This document shows, one piece after another, positions 1-8,746 of a stretch of DNA of 64,000 nt. A program made the translations under genes and the position numbers. Below the pieces are notes generated by a model. It saw only the letters and a program-made list of their open reading frames with translations, did no database searches and was not told the origin of the DNA. The stretch lies in NCBI GenBank assembly GCA_023732985.1, contig GCA_023732985.1_3946.1; one strand, given 5' to 3'. Every line of letters starts with the position of its first letter. The first letter of the stretch is position 1. Source of the DNA: a phage.

Positions 1-294
1 GTGAGGATGCAGATGACTGTCCATTCGAAACTGAGTGATAGTTACAAAAGAGAGGGGTTCACACCCTTCTTTGAAGAAAAAAGTTTAAATGAATTTCAGG
101 AAGAGTGTTTGACAAAGGTTGATAGGTTCTATAGAATGCTCTACATGAAATGTGATGGAGGTGTTGAGGTAGAAGAAAAGTTCCATCACAGCATAATCAC
201 AGTCACTATTACTATACCTAAACATAATATTGGTTGGCTGTTTATAATGAAAGAAAATGTGTTTGAATATCAAGTATATCGGAGAATATCATGA
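1..294 (+). CDS. hypothetical protein, probably 5'-truncated by window edge
   Basis: ORF open from position 1; its stop overlaps the next ATG (ATGA coupling). Confidence 0.35.
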   Translation: MRMQMTVHSKLSDSYKREGFTPFFEEKSLNEFQEECLTKVDRFYRMLYMKCDGGVEVEEKFHHSIITVTITIPKHNIGWLFIMKENVFEYQVYRRIS

Positions 295-440
295 AACACT
301 CTAAAGCATTTGAAAAAGTTTTTGGGGATTCCTTAAAAGCCACTGCTGGAAAACCAGCAAAATACTATGAAGAAAAACGTGTAAGAACTGGAAAAACTGC
401 ACGTAAAGCAGCTTCTAAAGATAAGCACAACTTCCAGTAA
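291..440 (+). CDS. small basic hypothetical protein (49 aa)
   Basis: ATG at 291 preceded by GGAGA; ATGA overlap with upstream stop; Lys-rich translation read by hand. Confidence 0.4.
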   Translation: MKHSKAFEKVFGDSLKATAGKPAKYYEEKRVRTGKTARKAASKDKHNFQ

Positions 441-512
441 TTAGTGTTTGACAATAGAGTATCAACAAGCTAGAATTGGTACTCTTCATAAATTGAGATA
501 GAGGTTTAAATA

Positions 513-1370
513 ATGTCTAAAGTTGTTAAAATGAAAGCTCCGGTAGAGAAGTACAACGGTACTGAACGTCAAACTCTGCGTTACCTGCTGAAAGATGTCT
601 GGTTTTATTACCTGAATACTTCACCACGTCCGGGAAAAGGTAAGTCTATTGATAAGAAATTCCCAGGCAAAGACTGTAACTACAGCGTTTCAATTCTGGC
701 AGAAGATGGTAACAAGCTGTTTAAAGAGTTTACTAAGTCTAAGAAAAACCCAGAAGGTTGGGATAAAGTTACTACTGAAGCGGTTGATGCAGATGACTTT
801 GAAGAGAAGTTTGGTTGCAAACCACCATTTGAAGCAGACACTTACTACATCTTGAAAGTAAGTCGTGCAGCAGCTTATAAAGATGGTGCTGTGTGGACAG
901 CTAAACAGTCATTCCCTGTAATGCTGATTGAAGAAGTAAATGGTAAGCGTGTAGCTGTTAAACAGCCGATGAAGAAAATCAAAGCTCAAGCATCTGACAA
1001 ACATGAAGATGACAAGAACTATGATGTAATTCATCCAGATATTGCAGTCGGTAATGGTTCTTTTGGTAGTGTGATTCTTTCTACTCACTTCTACACTTTT
1101 GAGAACAATGTCCTGACAAAACCTATTCAGGAACAGTTTATCATTGACACCCTTGTACCTTACACTGGTGGTAACGGTGCTAACGGTGAACCTGAACTGG
1201 ATGAAGACGAACTGGCTATGCTTGGTCTTGACGGCGTTGAAGATAACGGCGAAATCACTGAAGAAGATGCAAAAGACCACAAACCTTCGAATGATTCTGA
1301 TGATGGTGACGATGAAGACTTGCCAGACCCAGACGACGAAGGAGATGAAGACTTCGATACAGAAGACTAA
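513..1370 (+). CDS. hypothetical protein with strongly acidic C-terminal tail; possible ssDNA-binding protein
   Basis: 285 aa ORF ending in an Asp/Glu-rich tail, as in phage SSBs; sits next to a FEN-like nuclease; function is inference. Confidence 0.5.
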   Translation: MSKVVKMKAPVEKYNGTERQTLRYLLKDVWFYYLNTSPRPGKGKSIDKKFPGKDCNYSVSILAEDGNKLFKEFTKSKKNPEGWDKVTTEAVDADDFEEKFGCKPPFEADTYYILKVSRAAAYKDGAVWTAKQSFPVMLIEEVNGKRVAVKQPMKKIKAQASDKHEDDKNYDVIHPDIAVGNGSFGSVILSTHFYTFENNVLTKPIQEQFIIDTLVPYTGGNGANGEPELDEDELAMLGLDGVEDNGEITEEDAKDHKPSNDSDDGDDEDLPDPDDEGDEDFDTED

Positions 1371-1389
1371 TCTTTAAAAGTTACTTTAA

Positions 1390-1417
1390 AGCCCTGTACT
1401 TAGTATGGGGCTTTTTC
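1390..1417 (+). terminator. intrinsic terminator
   Basis: AGCCC ... GGGCT then TTTTT. Confidence 0.5.
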
Positions 1418-1432
1418 ATATGGAGAGTCACA

Positions 1433-2473
1433 ATGGAGAAGTACACGCTAACAAAACTTCCCGATTCAGTTACACATGTCTTTATTGACTCTGATAGTAT
1501 TGCCTATAAAGGTGCTTGTGTAGTTGAGAAAGCAAAATATAAGTATGTCAATAAACTCACAGCAGAAGAATCTGAACCATTTGATAATGCAAAAGATGCG
1601 GCAAGATGGTTAGCAGACCAGAGAATCCTTGTGGAAGAACTTGGCCTGACATTTGATGAAGATGAATGGGAAAGACAGACTTGGAAAGAAGCTAAGAGTG
1701 AAAAAGAAGCTATCATGGCTACTCAGCAGGTTCTTCAGGAATGGCTTAAGATTGTTGGTAAAGAGAGAACTTGGGTAGGTTATTTAACAGAGAAAGGTGT
1801 GCATAAACATAAAGACATTAAAGGTCTTGAGCACCAATATCAAGGTAACCGTAAAGATGCTGTCACACCAACACACTTAGTTGCTTGTCGTGAGTATCTT
1901 CTGTCAAGACCAGAGTTCAAACTCTTAAAGGGTGGCTTCGAAGCCGATTCAATCGTAATTGCTAAAGCTGAAAAGATGGGTAAGAAAGCTGCTCTTATGA
2001 GCATTGACAAAGACCTTCGACAAGCTGAAGGGACTTACTGCATTGATATGACCTATGAAAAATCACCACTAATCTTTATTGCTGACAATAATGTTGGTGA
2101 TATCTGGGATTGCCCTATCAAATCAAAACCAAAAGCTGCAAAAACAGTTGGCGTAGGTTTTAAATTCTTGTGTTATCAGGCTGTTGCTGGAGATAATGCA
2201 GACAACTACTTCGGCCTAAAAGGTGCTGGTAAAGTAGCTGTGATGAATGCTTTAGAGGGTAAAGAGACCTACAAAGAGTGTCTTGACGCTATCTATGAAC
2301 TTTATGCTAAAAAAGATTCTTATACCTATGTGTCATGGGATGGACAGACTGTTACCAAAACACCATTAGAGTTAATGGAACAGCATTTCTGGATAGCATA
2401 TCAAGAGAGAAATCCAAAAGACAATTTCTCTTTCAAGAAATATAATTGGGAGCCGTGTATGAATGAAGATTAA
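1433..2473 (+). CDS. 5'-3' exonuclease / flap endonuclease (RNase H-like)
   Basis: GGFEADSIVIAKA and SIDKDLRQ resemble the G-EADD-I and DKD motifs of the Pol I 5' nuclease / T4 RNase H family. Confidence 0.6.
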   Translation: MEKYTLTKLPDSVTHVFIDSDSIAYKGACVVEKAKYKYVNKLTAEESEPFDNAKDAARWLADQRILVEELGLTFDEDEWERQTWKEAKSEKEAIMATQQVLQEWLKIVGKERTWVGYLTEKGVHKHKDIKGLEHQYQGNRKDAVTPTHLVACREYLLSRPEFKLLKGGFEADSIVIAKAEKMGKKAALMSIDKDLRQAEGTYCIDMTYEKSPLIFIADNNVGDIWDCPIKSKPKAAKTVGVGFKFLCYQAVAGDNADNYFGLKGAGKVAVMNALEGKETYKECLDAIYELYAKKDSYTYVSWDGQTVTKTPLELMEQHFWIAYQERNPKDNFSFKKYNWEPCMNED

Positions 2474-2960
2474 AGGATTTGGCAATTGCCCTACCTACGG
2501 TCATTGGGTATCTTTATGTGGGGAAGTTGACCCCACTAAACATTTTGGCTTTGTCTATTTAGTGCACTGTAAGAAGACTGGACAATATTATATCGGAAAG
2601 AAACAGCTTAACAGTGTGACAAAAAGAAAAGTTGCTGGGAAGACTCGGAAGAAGGTAGTCACTAAGGAGAGTGATTGGATGACTTACGAGACTTCTTCTG
2701 AGTATATTAAAAAAGATATTGAGAGCTTTGGAAAAGAATTTTTTGACTTTTACATCATTCAGACCTACTACACAAAAGGTGGCCTAGTCTATGGTGAAGC
2801 AAACCTTCAACATAAATTCGATGTAATGACAAAAAGGATTGACTCGAAGCTCAGACTCTTCTACAATGCCAATATTGCAGCAATTAAGTTTATTACTAAA
2901 GAAACTTATGAAGATGCTGAAAAAAGAATCCATAAGGTAATGAAAGCAAATTGTGCTTGA
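2463..2960 (+). CDS. putative GIY-YIG-like nuclease
   Basis: FVYLVHCKKTGQYYIGKK resembles the GIY-(9-11 aa)-YIG motif; overlaps upstream stop. Confidence 0.45.
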   Translation: MKIKGFGNCPTYGHWVSLCGEVDPTKHFGFVYLVHCKKTGQYYIGKKQLNSVTKRKVAGKTRKKVVTKESDWMTYETSSEYIKKDIESFGKEFFDFYIIQTYYTKGGLVYGEANLQHKFDVMTKRIDSKLRLFYNANIAAIKFITKETYEDAEKRIHKVMKANCA

Positions 2961-2966
2961 TAACTA

Positions 2967-3230
2967 TTGAGAGAGAATAAAATGTTTAACAAAAGCAAAG
3001 CTGTGAATCATGTAGCAAAAGTTGACAGTAAGATTGAAGAACTTGAGCGCATTCTTGCAAATGCTAGAGAATCAATAATTAAAGAAGTTGAAGCTGTTGA
3101 ATCACAAATGCAGCACCTAATGCTTAAACGCCAAGAGCTACGTGAGCATCTAGAATATATTGAAACACGAGAGCTAAAAGTTAACAGATATTTTAAGGAG
3201 TCCGAATGTTTAACTCAAGAGAATCAGTAA
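2967..3230 (+). CDS. hypothetical protein (predicted coiled coil)
   Basis: ORF in operon context; charged helical sequence. Confidence 0.5.
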   Translation: MRENKMFNKSKAVNHVAKVDSKIEELERILANARESIIKEVEAVESQMQHLMLKRQELREHLEYIETRELKVNRYFKESECLTQENQ

Positions 3231-3961
3231 AAAACTGGAACCTTCGTTGTGGAAACACTCAAAAGCAACCTTACAGTAATGAGTATTGGGAATCTTTGAA
3301 ATCTCAATCTCTGTGTATGCTTGAGGAAGCAAAAGAGCTTGTAAAAGCAATTGAAGAGAAAGACCCCATTGAGACACTGGATGCTCAGGCAGATTTGCAA
3401 TATGTTCTTGATGGTTTGATTTACCTGTCACAACATGACCATAATGGTGCTATGGAAGCTGTTTGCCATAATAATGACCTGAAGTACACAGACGACTATG
3501 AAGAAGCTTTAAAACGTCTTGCAGATATTGAGAAGCGTACTGGTCAAGAGTGTATCATCAGAATGTCAGTAGTTGATGGTAAAGAATGGTATGCAATTGT
3601 TCGTGCAGCCGATGGGAAGATTATGAAGCAATCTAATCTCCCTAAAGTTCAGCTTGGTGAATACATTGTAGAACTTGAAAGCCAAGAACTTTTTGTGGTA
3701 GTATCTGACACATGCGTTATCTGCAAAGGTATTGTATGTAGCTTAAAGGATTTGGGTGTAGATGGTTTTGTAGAAGTTAATCCAATTACCTCTAAAGCAG
3801 ATAAAGATTTCTGTAAAGAGAATGGACTATGGATTGCAGATATTGTCTACTATGATGGTGAGCAGTTCCATGTAACCTCATACCCGAAACTGAATTATGA
3901 TGCTAATAACCTGAAGTGCTGGTTAAAAGGGGTTGGTTATAATGGATTCACAGAACATTAA
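3206..3961 (+). CDS. hypothetical protein (N-terminal helical region loosely MazG-like)
   Basis: AAGGAG RBS upstream of ATG; LEEAKELVKAIEE...DLQYVLDGL is a weak resemblance only. Confidence 0.5.
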   Translation: MFNSRESVKNWNLRCGNTQKQPYSNEYWESLKSQSLCMLEEAKELVKAIEEKDPIETLDAQADLQYVLDGLIYLSQHDHNGAMEAVCHNNDLKYTDDYEEALKRLADIEKRTGQECIIRMSVVDGKEWYAIVRAADGKIMKQSNLPKVQLGEYIVELESQELFVVVSDTCVICKGIVCSLKDLGVDGFVEVNPITSKADKDFCKENGLWIADIVYYDGEQFHVTSYPKLNYDANNLKCWLKGVGYNGFTEH

Positions 3962-4265
3962 TAAAGAGGGTGTGGCTCAGAAGAGCCACTTCTCAAACTA
4001 CAATATTTCTATGACGGTGTTTATGAATGACCCGTTACTAGAAAAATATGGTGAGACTCCAGATACACTTCTGGACAATGAACAAGTTTTAAAAGCAATC
4101 CTGTACAAATATGGGATTGATATTGAGAAAGAGTATTCTTTTGAAATCTGTCAACACAGGAATACTTTCGGTAAAGTTGTAATGGCTCCACTTTTTATGG
4201 GTGTAGAAAGGACTGACTACGGTTGGTTATATCTAAAAAGAAACTTGGAGAAATACCGTGTTTAA
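3933..4265 (+). CDS. hypothetical protein
   Basis: ORF overlapping upstream gene end; same strand operon. Confidence 0.45.
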   Translation: MVIMDSQNINKEGVAQKSHFSNYNISMTVFMNDPLLEKYGETPDTLLDNEQVLKAILYKYGIDIEKEYSFEICQHRNTFGKVVMAPLFMGVERTDYGWLYLKRNLEKYRV

Positions 4266-4593
4266 AGCAAAGAAGTTAGATTACGATGCCATTATCTCTG
4301 GTGCTAAATTAGGTGTTGACAGTCTCGGACGGGACGTTAAACACGGAGACACAGTTATGTACTGTGATGACCGAAGAGGAAGAAGTGCAATCTTGTTTGG
4401 AAAAGTTGTATGTAAAATACGCGGTAATTATGTTGTTTCAGATATGGATGGCAACGTCGCACAAAAGCTCAAAATAATCATGGATAGCAAGACTCCATCA
4501 TGGCTCTTAAATTGTATGCACGCTTCGTCTATCACAAAAGTAAGTGATAAGTTTTACGATATGTGGCAGAATGAGCAAATTTTCAAGATTTAA
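4258..4593 (+). CDS. hypothetical protein
   Basis: ORF followed by intrinsic terminator. Confidence 0.5.
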   Translation: MFKAKKLDYDAIISGAKLGVDSLGRDVKHGDTVMYCDDRRGRSAILFGKVVCKIRGNYVVSDMDGNVAQKLKIIMDSKTPSWLLNCMHASSITKVSDKFYDMWQNEQIFKI

Positions 4594-4597
4594 ACTA

Positions 4598-4622
4598 GGG
4601 AGCCTCTTCGGAGGCTCTTTTC
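4598..4622 (+). terminator. intrinsic terminator
   Basis: GAGCCTC-TTCG-GAGGCTC then TTTT. Confidence 0.65.
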
Positions 4623-4639
4623 ATCTGTAGGATTCGAAA

Positions 4640-6874
4640 ATGATTAAGACAATTAAAAAATCAAATGGTACAGTAGTAAGCTTTGACCCAGAAAGACTGA
4701 ATAAGTGGGCATCATGGGCAGATAAACGTGGAATTATCTGGTCAGAAGTCACTATGGAAGCTATGAAACGTGTCTATGAAGGTTGCACTACAAAAGAGAT
4801 GCACCAAGCCATGATTGATGTTTGTGTTGATAAACAAACGCAAGAGTACTCAGATATGGCTGGACGGCTACTTCTGGGGATTATCTACAAAGAAGCCTTT
4901 GGAGGCTTTACTAAGGTTCCTACACTGATTACCTTCGTTAAAAATATGGAGAGGGCAGGACTTTGGGAGAAGATGGATTATTCACAGGAAGAACTTGAAT
5001 ACCTGCAAGGTTACATCGTACACTCAAAAGATATCTCTTACGGCTATGCGGTCTTGAAACAGTTCAGAGACAAGTATGGTATCCGTGATATTAAAACGGG
5101 AAGACTTTTTGAGTCACCACAATTTATGTTTATGGGTATGGCTATGAAAGCCTTTGAGAAGCAACCAAAGCACCGTAGACTGCAAGATGTTATCAAGCTG
5201 TACACTTACCTATCTGACCTGAAGATTAACGCTCCTACACCTTATTTAAACGGTTTAAGAGCAACTAAATCAGGCTATGCGTCATGCTGTTTGATTAAGG
5301 CAAATGACACTGCCGAATCTCTCGGTATTGCTGCAAAGGTTGCTTATGACATGACTACAAAGCAAGCTGGTATCGGGATGCTGATGGAGACTCGCACTAT
5401 TGGTGATGGTATCCGTCAAAATACTATTGAGCACATGGGTAAGCTACCTTATTACAAGCTTGTACGTTCATCTGTAGAGGCAAACAAACAGAAGAGTCGT
5501 GGCGGTTCAGCTAATAACTTCTACACTGCTCTAGACCCGCAGATTGAAGATTTACTGCGTTTGAAGCACCCTACAACGGTTCCTTCTAAACGTATTAATG
5601 AGATGGACTACTCATTCGGCACAAACGATTATTTCTGGCAGTGTGTTCAGTATGATACAGATTGGTTGCTATTCTCTTACAAAGATGCACCAAAACTCTA
5701 TGACATGTTCTACACAGCATCTGCTGATGAGTTTGCTATGGCAGTTGGTCATGCAGTACATTCAGGTGTTAAACACAGACGAGTCAAGGCTCGTGAAATT
5801 GCTAAGCTGTTTATTCAACAGCGTTATGCTACAGGTCGTGTGTATCCATTCTTCACTAACAATGCAAACACACATACACCATTTAAAGAACCATTGAAGA
5901 TGTCAAATCTTTGTATGGAAATTGTATTGCCAGTGTATGGTTTTGAGAAAGAGACAGACCTTTACAGAGACGATGCTGTGAAAGAGGATGGTGAGGTGGC
6001 TCTTTGCTTCCTAGCTAGTTTGGTTGCAGGGAGAATTTCAGAAGATGAATACGCTGACGTTGCTTATTATGCTCTTGCAATGGTTGACTCCGTTATTGAC
6101 CTTATGGATTATCCGTATCCGTCGATGCGTAACCATGTTCAGAAGCGTCGTTCTGTTGGGATTGGCCTTACAAATGTGGCTCATTACCTTGCGAAGAACT
6201 ACGTGAACTACTCTTCACGAGCAGGTAAGACAAAGCTTCATGAACTTGCAGAGATGCACTCTTACTACTTACACGAAGCCTCTCTGAGACTTGCTAAAGA
6301 ACGTGGTGTACCTGAGTATATGCAGTTCACTAAGTATCCTGAAGGCTGGGTTCCTCCAAAGACAGCCAATAAGAAGATTGATGAAAAGCATGATGCAAAA
6401 CTACGATATGATTGGGATGACTTAGCACAACGTATCAAAGAAAATGGTGGAATCCGAAACTCTGTATTAGAAGCTTACATGCCTAATGAGAGTTCTTCAC
6501 TAGCAACTAATACGACAAATGGCTTGTACCCAATTCGTGACTTTATTTTAACTAAAAAGTCTGCAACTGGTAACGTGTTGTTTATTGTTCCAGATTATGA
6601 AGAGTTGAAGTATGTATATGAAATTGCTTGGGGTATTGACACCTTTGACCTAATTGATTGTTATGCAATTGTTCAAAAGTTCACTGGTCAAGCTATCTCT
6701 TCAGATTTCTATGTTGACTACGCAAAAGCGAAGAAGGTATCATTGGCTCAAGCTTTGAAGTATATGATTTATGCCAACTCAGTAGGTATGAAAACCATGT
6801 ACTACCTTAACAGCCGCATTGGTGTAGGTAAATCTGCACTGCAAGATGCTTATTGCGAGGGTTGTGGTGTTTAG
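4640..6874 (+). CDS. nrdA: ribonucleoside-diphosphate reductase large subunit (class I)
   Basis: N-terminal ATP-cone-like region, SNLCMEI active-site motif, C-terminal CEGCGV redox-shuttle cysteines. Confidence 0.9.
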   Translation: MIKTIKKSNGTVVSFDPERLNKWASWADKRGIIWSEVTMEAMKRVYEGCTTKEMHQAMIDVCVDKQTQEYSDMAGRLLLGIIYKEAFGGFTKVPTLITFVKNMERAGLWEKMDYSQEELEYLQGYIVHSKDISYGYAVLKQFRDKYGIRDIKTGRLFESPQFMFMGMAMKAFEKQPKHRRLQDVIKLYTYLSDLKINAPTPYLNGLRATKSGYASCCLIKANDTAESLGIAAKVAYDMTTKQAGIGMLMETRTIGDGIRQNTIEHMGKLPYYKLVRSSVEANKQKSRGGSANNFYTALDPQIEDLLRLKHPTTVPSKRINEMDYSFGTNDYFWQCVQYDTDWLLFSYKDAPKLYDMFYTASADEFAMAVGHAVHSGVKHRRVKAREIAKLFIQQRYATGRVYPFFTNNANTHTPFKEPLKMSNLCMEIVLPVYGFEKETDLYRDDAVKEDGEVALCFLASLVAGRISEDEYADVAYYALAMVDSVIDLMDYPYPSMRNHVQKRRSVGIGLTNVAHYLAKNYVNYSSRAGKTKLHELAEMHSYYLHEASLRLAKERGVPEYMQFTKYPEGWVPPKTANKKIDEKHDAKLRYDWDDLAQRIKENGGIRNSVLEAYMPNESSSLATNTTNGLYPIRDFILTKKSATGNVLFIVPDYEELKYVYEIAWGIDTFDLIDCYAIVQKFTGQAISSDFYVDYAKAKKVSLAQALKYMIYANSVGMKTMYYLNSRIGVGKSALQDAYCEGCGV

Positions 6875-6929
6875 TTTTAATAACTATGAGGGTCGTAAAA
6901 GACCCTCTAAAAATAACTTTGGAGAGACC

Positions 6930-7187
6930 ATGAAAGATTTAATAGAAAAACATGAGCGACCAATATACTTGCTCTACAAACCCCGCAAAACATTGTACTA
7001 TGTGAGTAGCACAGGTATCATGATAAAGCAGAATGATGACTTATGGGTCACTGGAGCCTCTTACATCTCTACAGCAGATGGTAAAATCTACGCAAGACCT
7101 TATGAGATGTTTAACAAAGAAAATTGGGAAGTTTTAGACAGAAAACAAGCCTTAGAAATGATAAAGAAAGGAGAAATCACACTATGA
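6930..7187 (+). CDS. hypothetical protein
   Basis: ATG at 6930 with GGAGAG RBS; the longer track ORF start lies inside nrdA. Confidence 0.5.
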   Translation: MKDLIEKHERPIYLLYKPRKTLYYVSSTGIMIKQNDDLWVTGASYISTADGKIYARPYEMFNKENWEVLDRKQALEMIKKGEITL

Positions 7188-8257
7188 TTAACCAGCACCC
7201 AATCTTTTTAGGTGGTGAGAGAAAAACTTTTGACTCACTTAATAAGCACTACCCAAAAATCTTTGAACTTTATAAACAACAAAAAGCACAAGACTGGTCA
7301 GAAGATGAGTTCCCTTTTGAACAATCACGTCTTGATTTTGAGAGTGTCCCAGCATCAATGTCAGGTGTAATGCTTGAGATTCTTAAGTGGCAATGGGAAG
7401 CAGATACTCAAGTTGCTAAGAGCTTGGCATTTGCCTTTGCACCCTTTATCTCTGATGACATCTATGCAACTGCAATTATGAAGCAGTCTGAGATTGAAAA
7501 CCTACATGCTCTTACTTACTCAGAGATTGTAAGGCAATGTATTAAAAACCCTGAAACAATCTTAGATGAGATTAACCAGAATGTTGCTGTACAAGACCGA
7601 TTAAAAACTGTGAATCGTGTTCTTGAAGAATTACTGGATGAAGGTATAAACTATCGTCTGAGTTATGTGCGTGATTCACTTCTGGACAAAGACCCTTTGC
7701 ACTTCCATAAAGTGATTCTGAAAGGACTGTTTGCAGTGACTGCACTTGAAGGTATATCTTTTATGGCATCCTTTGCATGTACTTTTGCACTTGATGCTCA
7801 AGATAAATTTCAGGGTATTGCTCAAGCTGTCCAGAAAATTATGCTTGACGAAATCCTTCACACTAAAATTGATATTGAAGTTTTAAAAGAAACTTTAAGA
7901 GATGACGAGTGGCAGAAAGCTTTTCAACAAATTCTTCCAGAGATTAAAGTAATCTTAGATGAAGTAGTTGAAAGTGAAGAGAAATGGTCGTATTATATCT
8001 TCTCTGAAGGACGTGCTGTAGTTGGGTTAAATACAAAACTTCTTCATGAGTGGGTTTACTATAATGCTGCCCCACTGTATGATATGTTTGGCATTCCCAG
8101 AGATTTTGTAGCTCCTAAAGAACCACCTTTGAAGTACATGATTAAGAAGATGGAAATTGATAAAGAGCAGAATGCTAATCAGGAGCAACAGAACGGTGCG
8201 TACCTATTGAATACTGTTGTAGATGATTTGAATAGTGGATTTTTAGAGGTTCCTTAA
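7184..8257 (+). CDS. nrdB: ribonucleoside-diphosphate reductase small subunit
   Basis: ATG at 7184 after AAGGAG; ferritin-like iron-ligand motifs (EGISFMASFA, DEILHT); directly downstream of nrdA. Confidence 0.85.
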   Translation: MINQHPIFLGGERKTFDSLNKHYPKIFELYKQQKAQDWSEDEFPFEQSRLDFESVPASMSGVMLEILKWQWEADTQVAKSLAFAFAPFISDDIYATAIMKQSEIENLHALTYSEIVRQCIKNPETILDEINQNVAVQDRLKTVNRVLEELLDEGINYRLSYVRDSLLDKDPLHFHKVILKGLFAVTALEGISFMASFACTFALDAQDKFQGIAQAVQKIMLDEILHTKIDIEVLKETLRDDEWQKAFQQILPEIKVILDEVVESEEKWSYYIFSEGRAVVGLNTKLLHEWVYYNAAPLYDMFGIPRDFVAPKEPPLKYMIKKMEIDKEQNANQEQQNGAYLLNTVVDDLNSGFLEVP

Positions 8258-8499
8258 TGACTTATGTAATTTACTCCAAAACTGGATGCCCTCAGTGTGA
8301 GACCGCAAAGAATTTTGCAAAAGCTCGTGGTATTGACCATGTTGTGAGAATGTTAGGGCATGACTATGAGCTATCAGACCTGATGGATATTGCACAGATG
8401 CCAGTTCGTCAGATGCCATTCATCATGAAAACTGATGGACAAAACCTAAAACCTGTTGGAACGCTACAGAATTTTATGGCAGAGGTGAATAATGCTTAA
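8257..8499 (+). CDS. glutaredoxin / NrdH-like redoxin
   Basis: YSKTGCPQCETAK carries a CxxC thioredoxin-fold motif; 80 aa; adjacent to nrdAB. Confidence 0.7.
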   Translation: MTYVIYSKTGCPQCETAKNFAKARGIDHVVRMLGHDYELSDLMDIAQMPVRQMPFIMKTDGQNLKPVGTLQNFMAEVNNA

Positions 8500-8698
8500 A
8501 CGCCTTTGGGAAGGTTTGGTTGTTGATGCACCAGCCATTGTGATTGGTATGCTTGTTGTTAACCTATTTACTGATTTTGAACAAGGTTCATTGTTTGGGG
8601 CCATGCTATTATGGGTTATCTTTGAAATATTAGAGATACAGCTAGGCATCACTGAAAAACTAAGAAAACTCGTTTCAAAGTTTTCTAAAAAGATTTAA
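8492..8698 (+). CDS. small hydrophobic protein
   Basis: 68 aa ORF with hydrophobic segments; followed by terminator. Confidence 0.45.
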   Translation: MLKRLWEGLVVDAPAIVIGMLVVNLFTDFEQGSLFGAMLLWVIFEILEIQLGITEKLRKLVSKFSKKI

Positions 8699-8704
8699 AA
8701 TGAA

Positions 8705-8728
8705 AGGGTCTCTTCGGAGACCTTTTTA
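8705..8728 (+). terminator. intrinsic terminator
   Basis: GGTCTC-TTCG-GAGACC then TTTTT. Confidence 0.65.
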
Positions 8729-8746
8729 GCATGTAAAGGGGCAATA

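Noticed and set aside
3206-3961. MazG-like NTP pyrophosphohydrolase assignment
   Set aside because: Only a loose resemblance of one helical segment to the MazG EExxE region; not enough to name the product, so kept as hypothetical.
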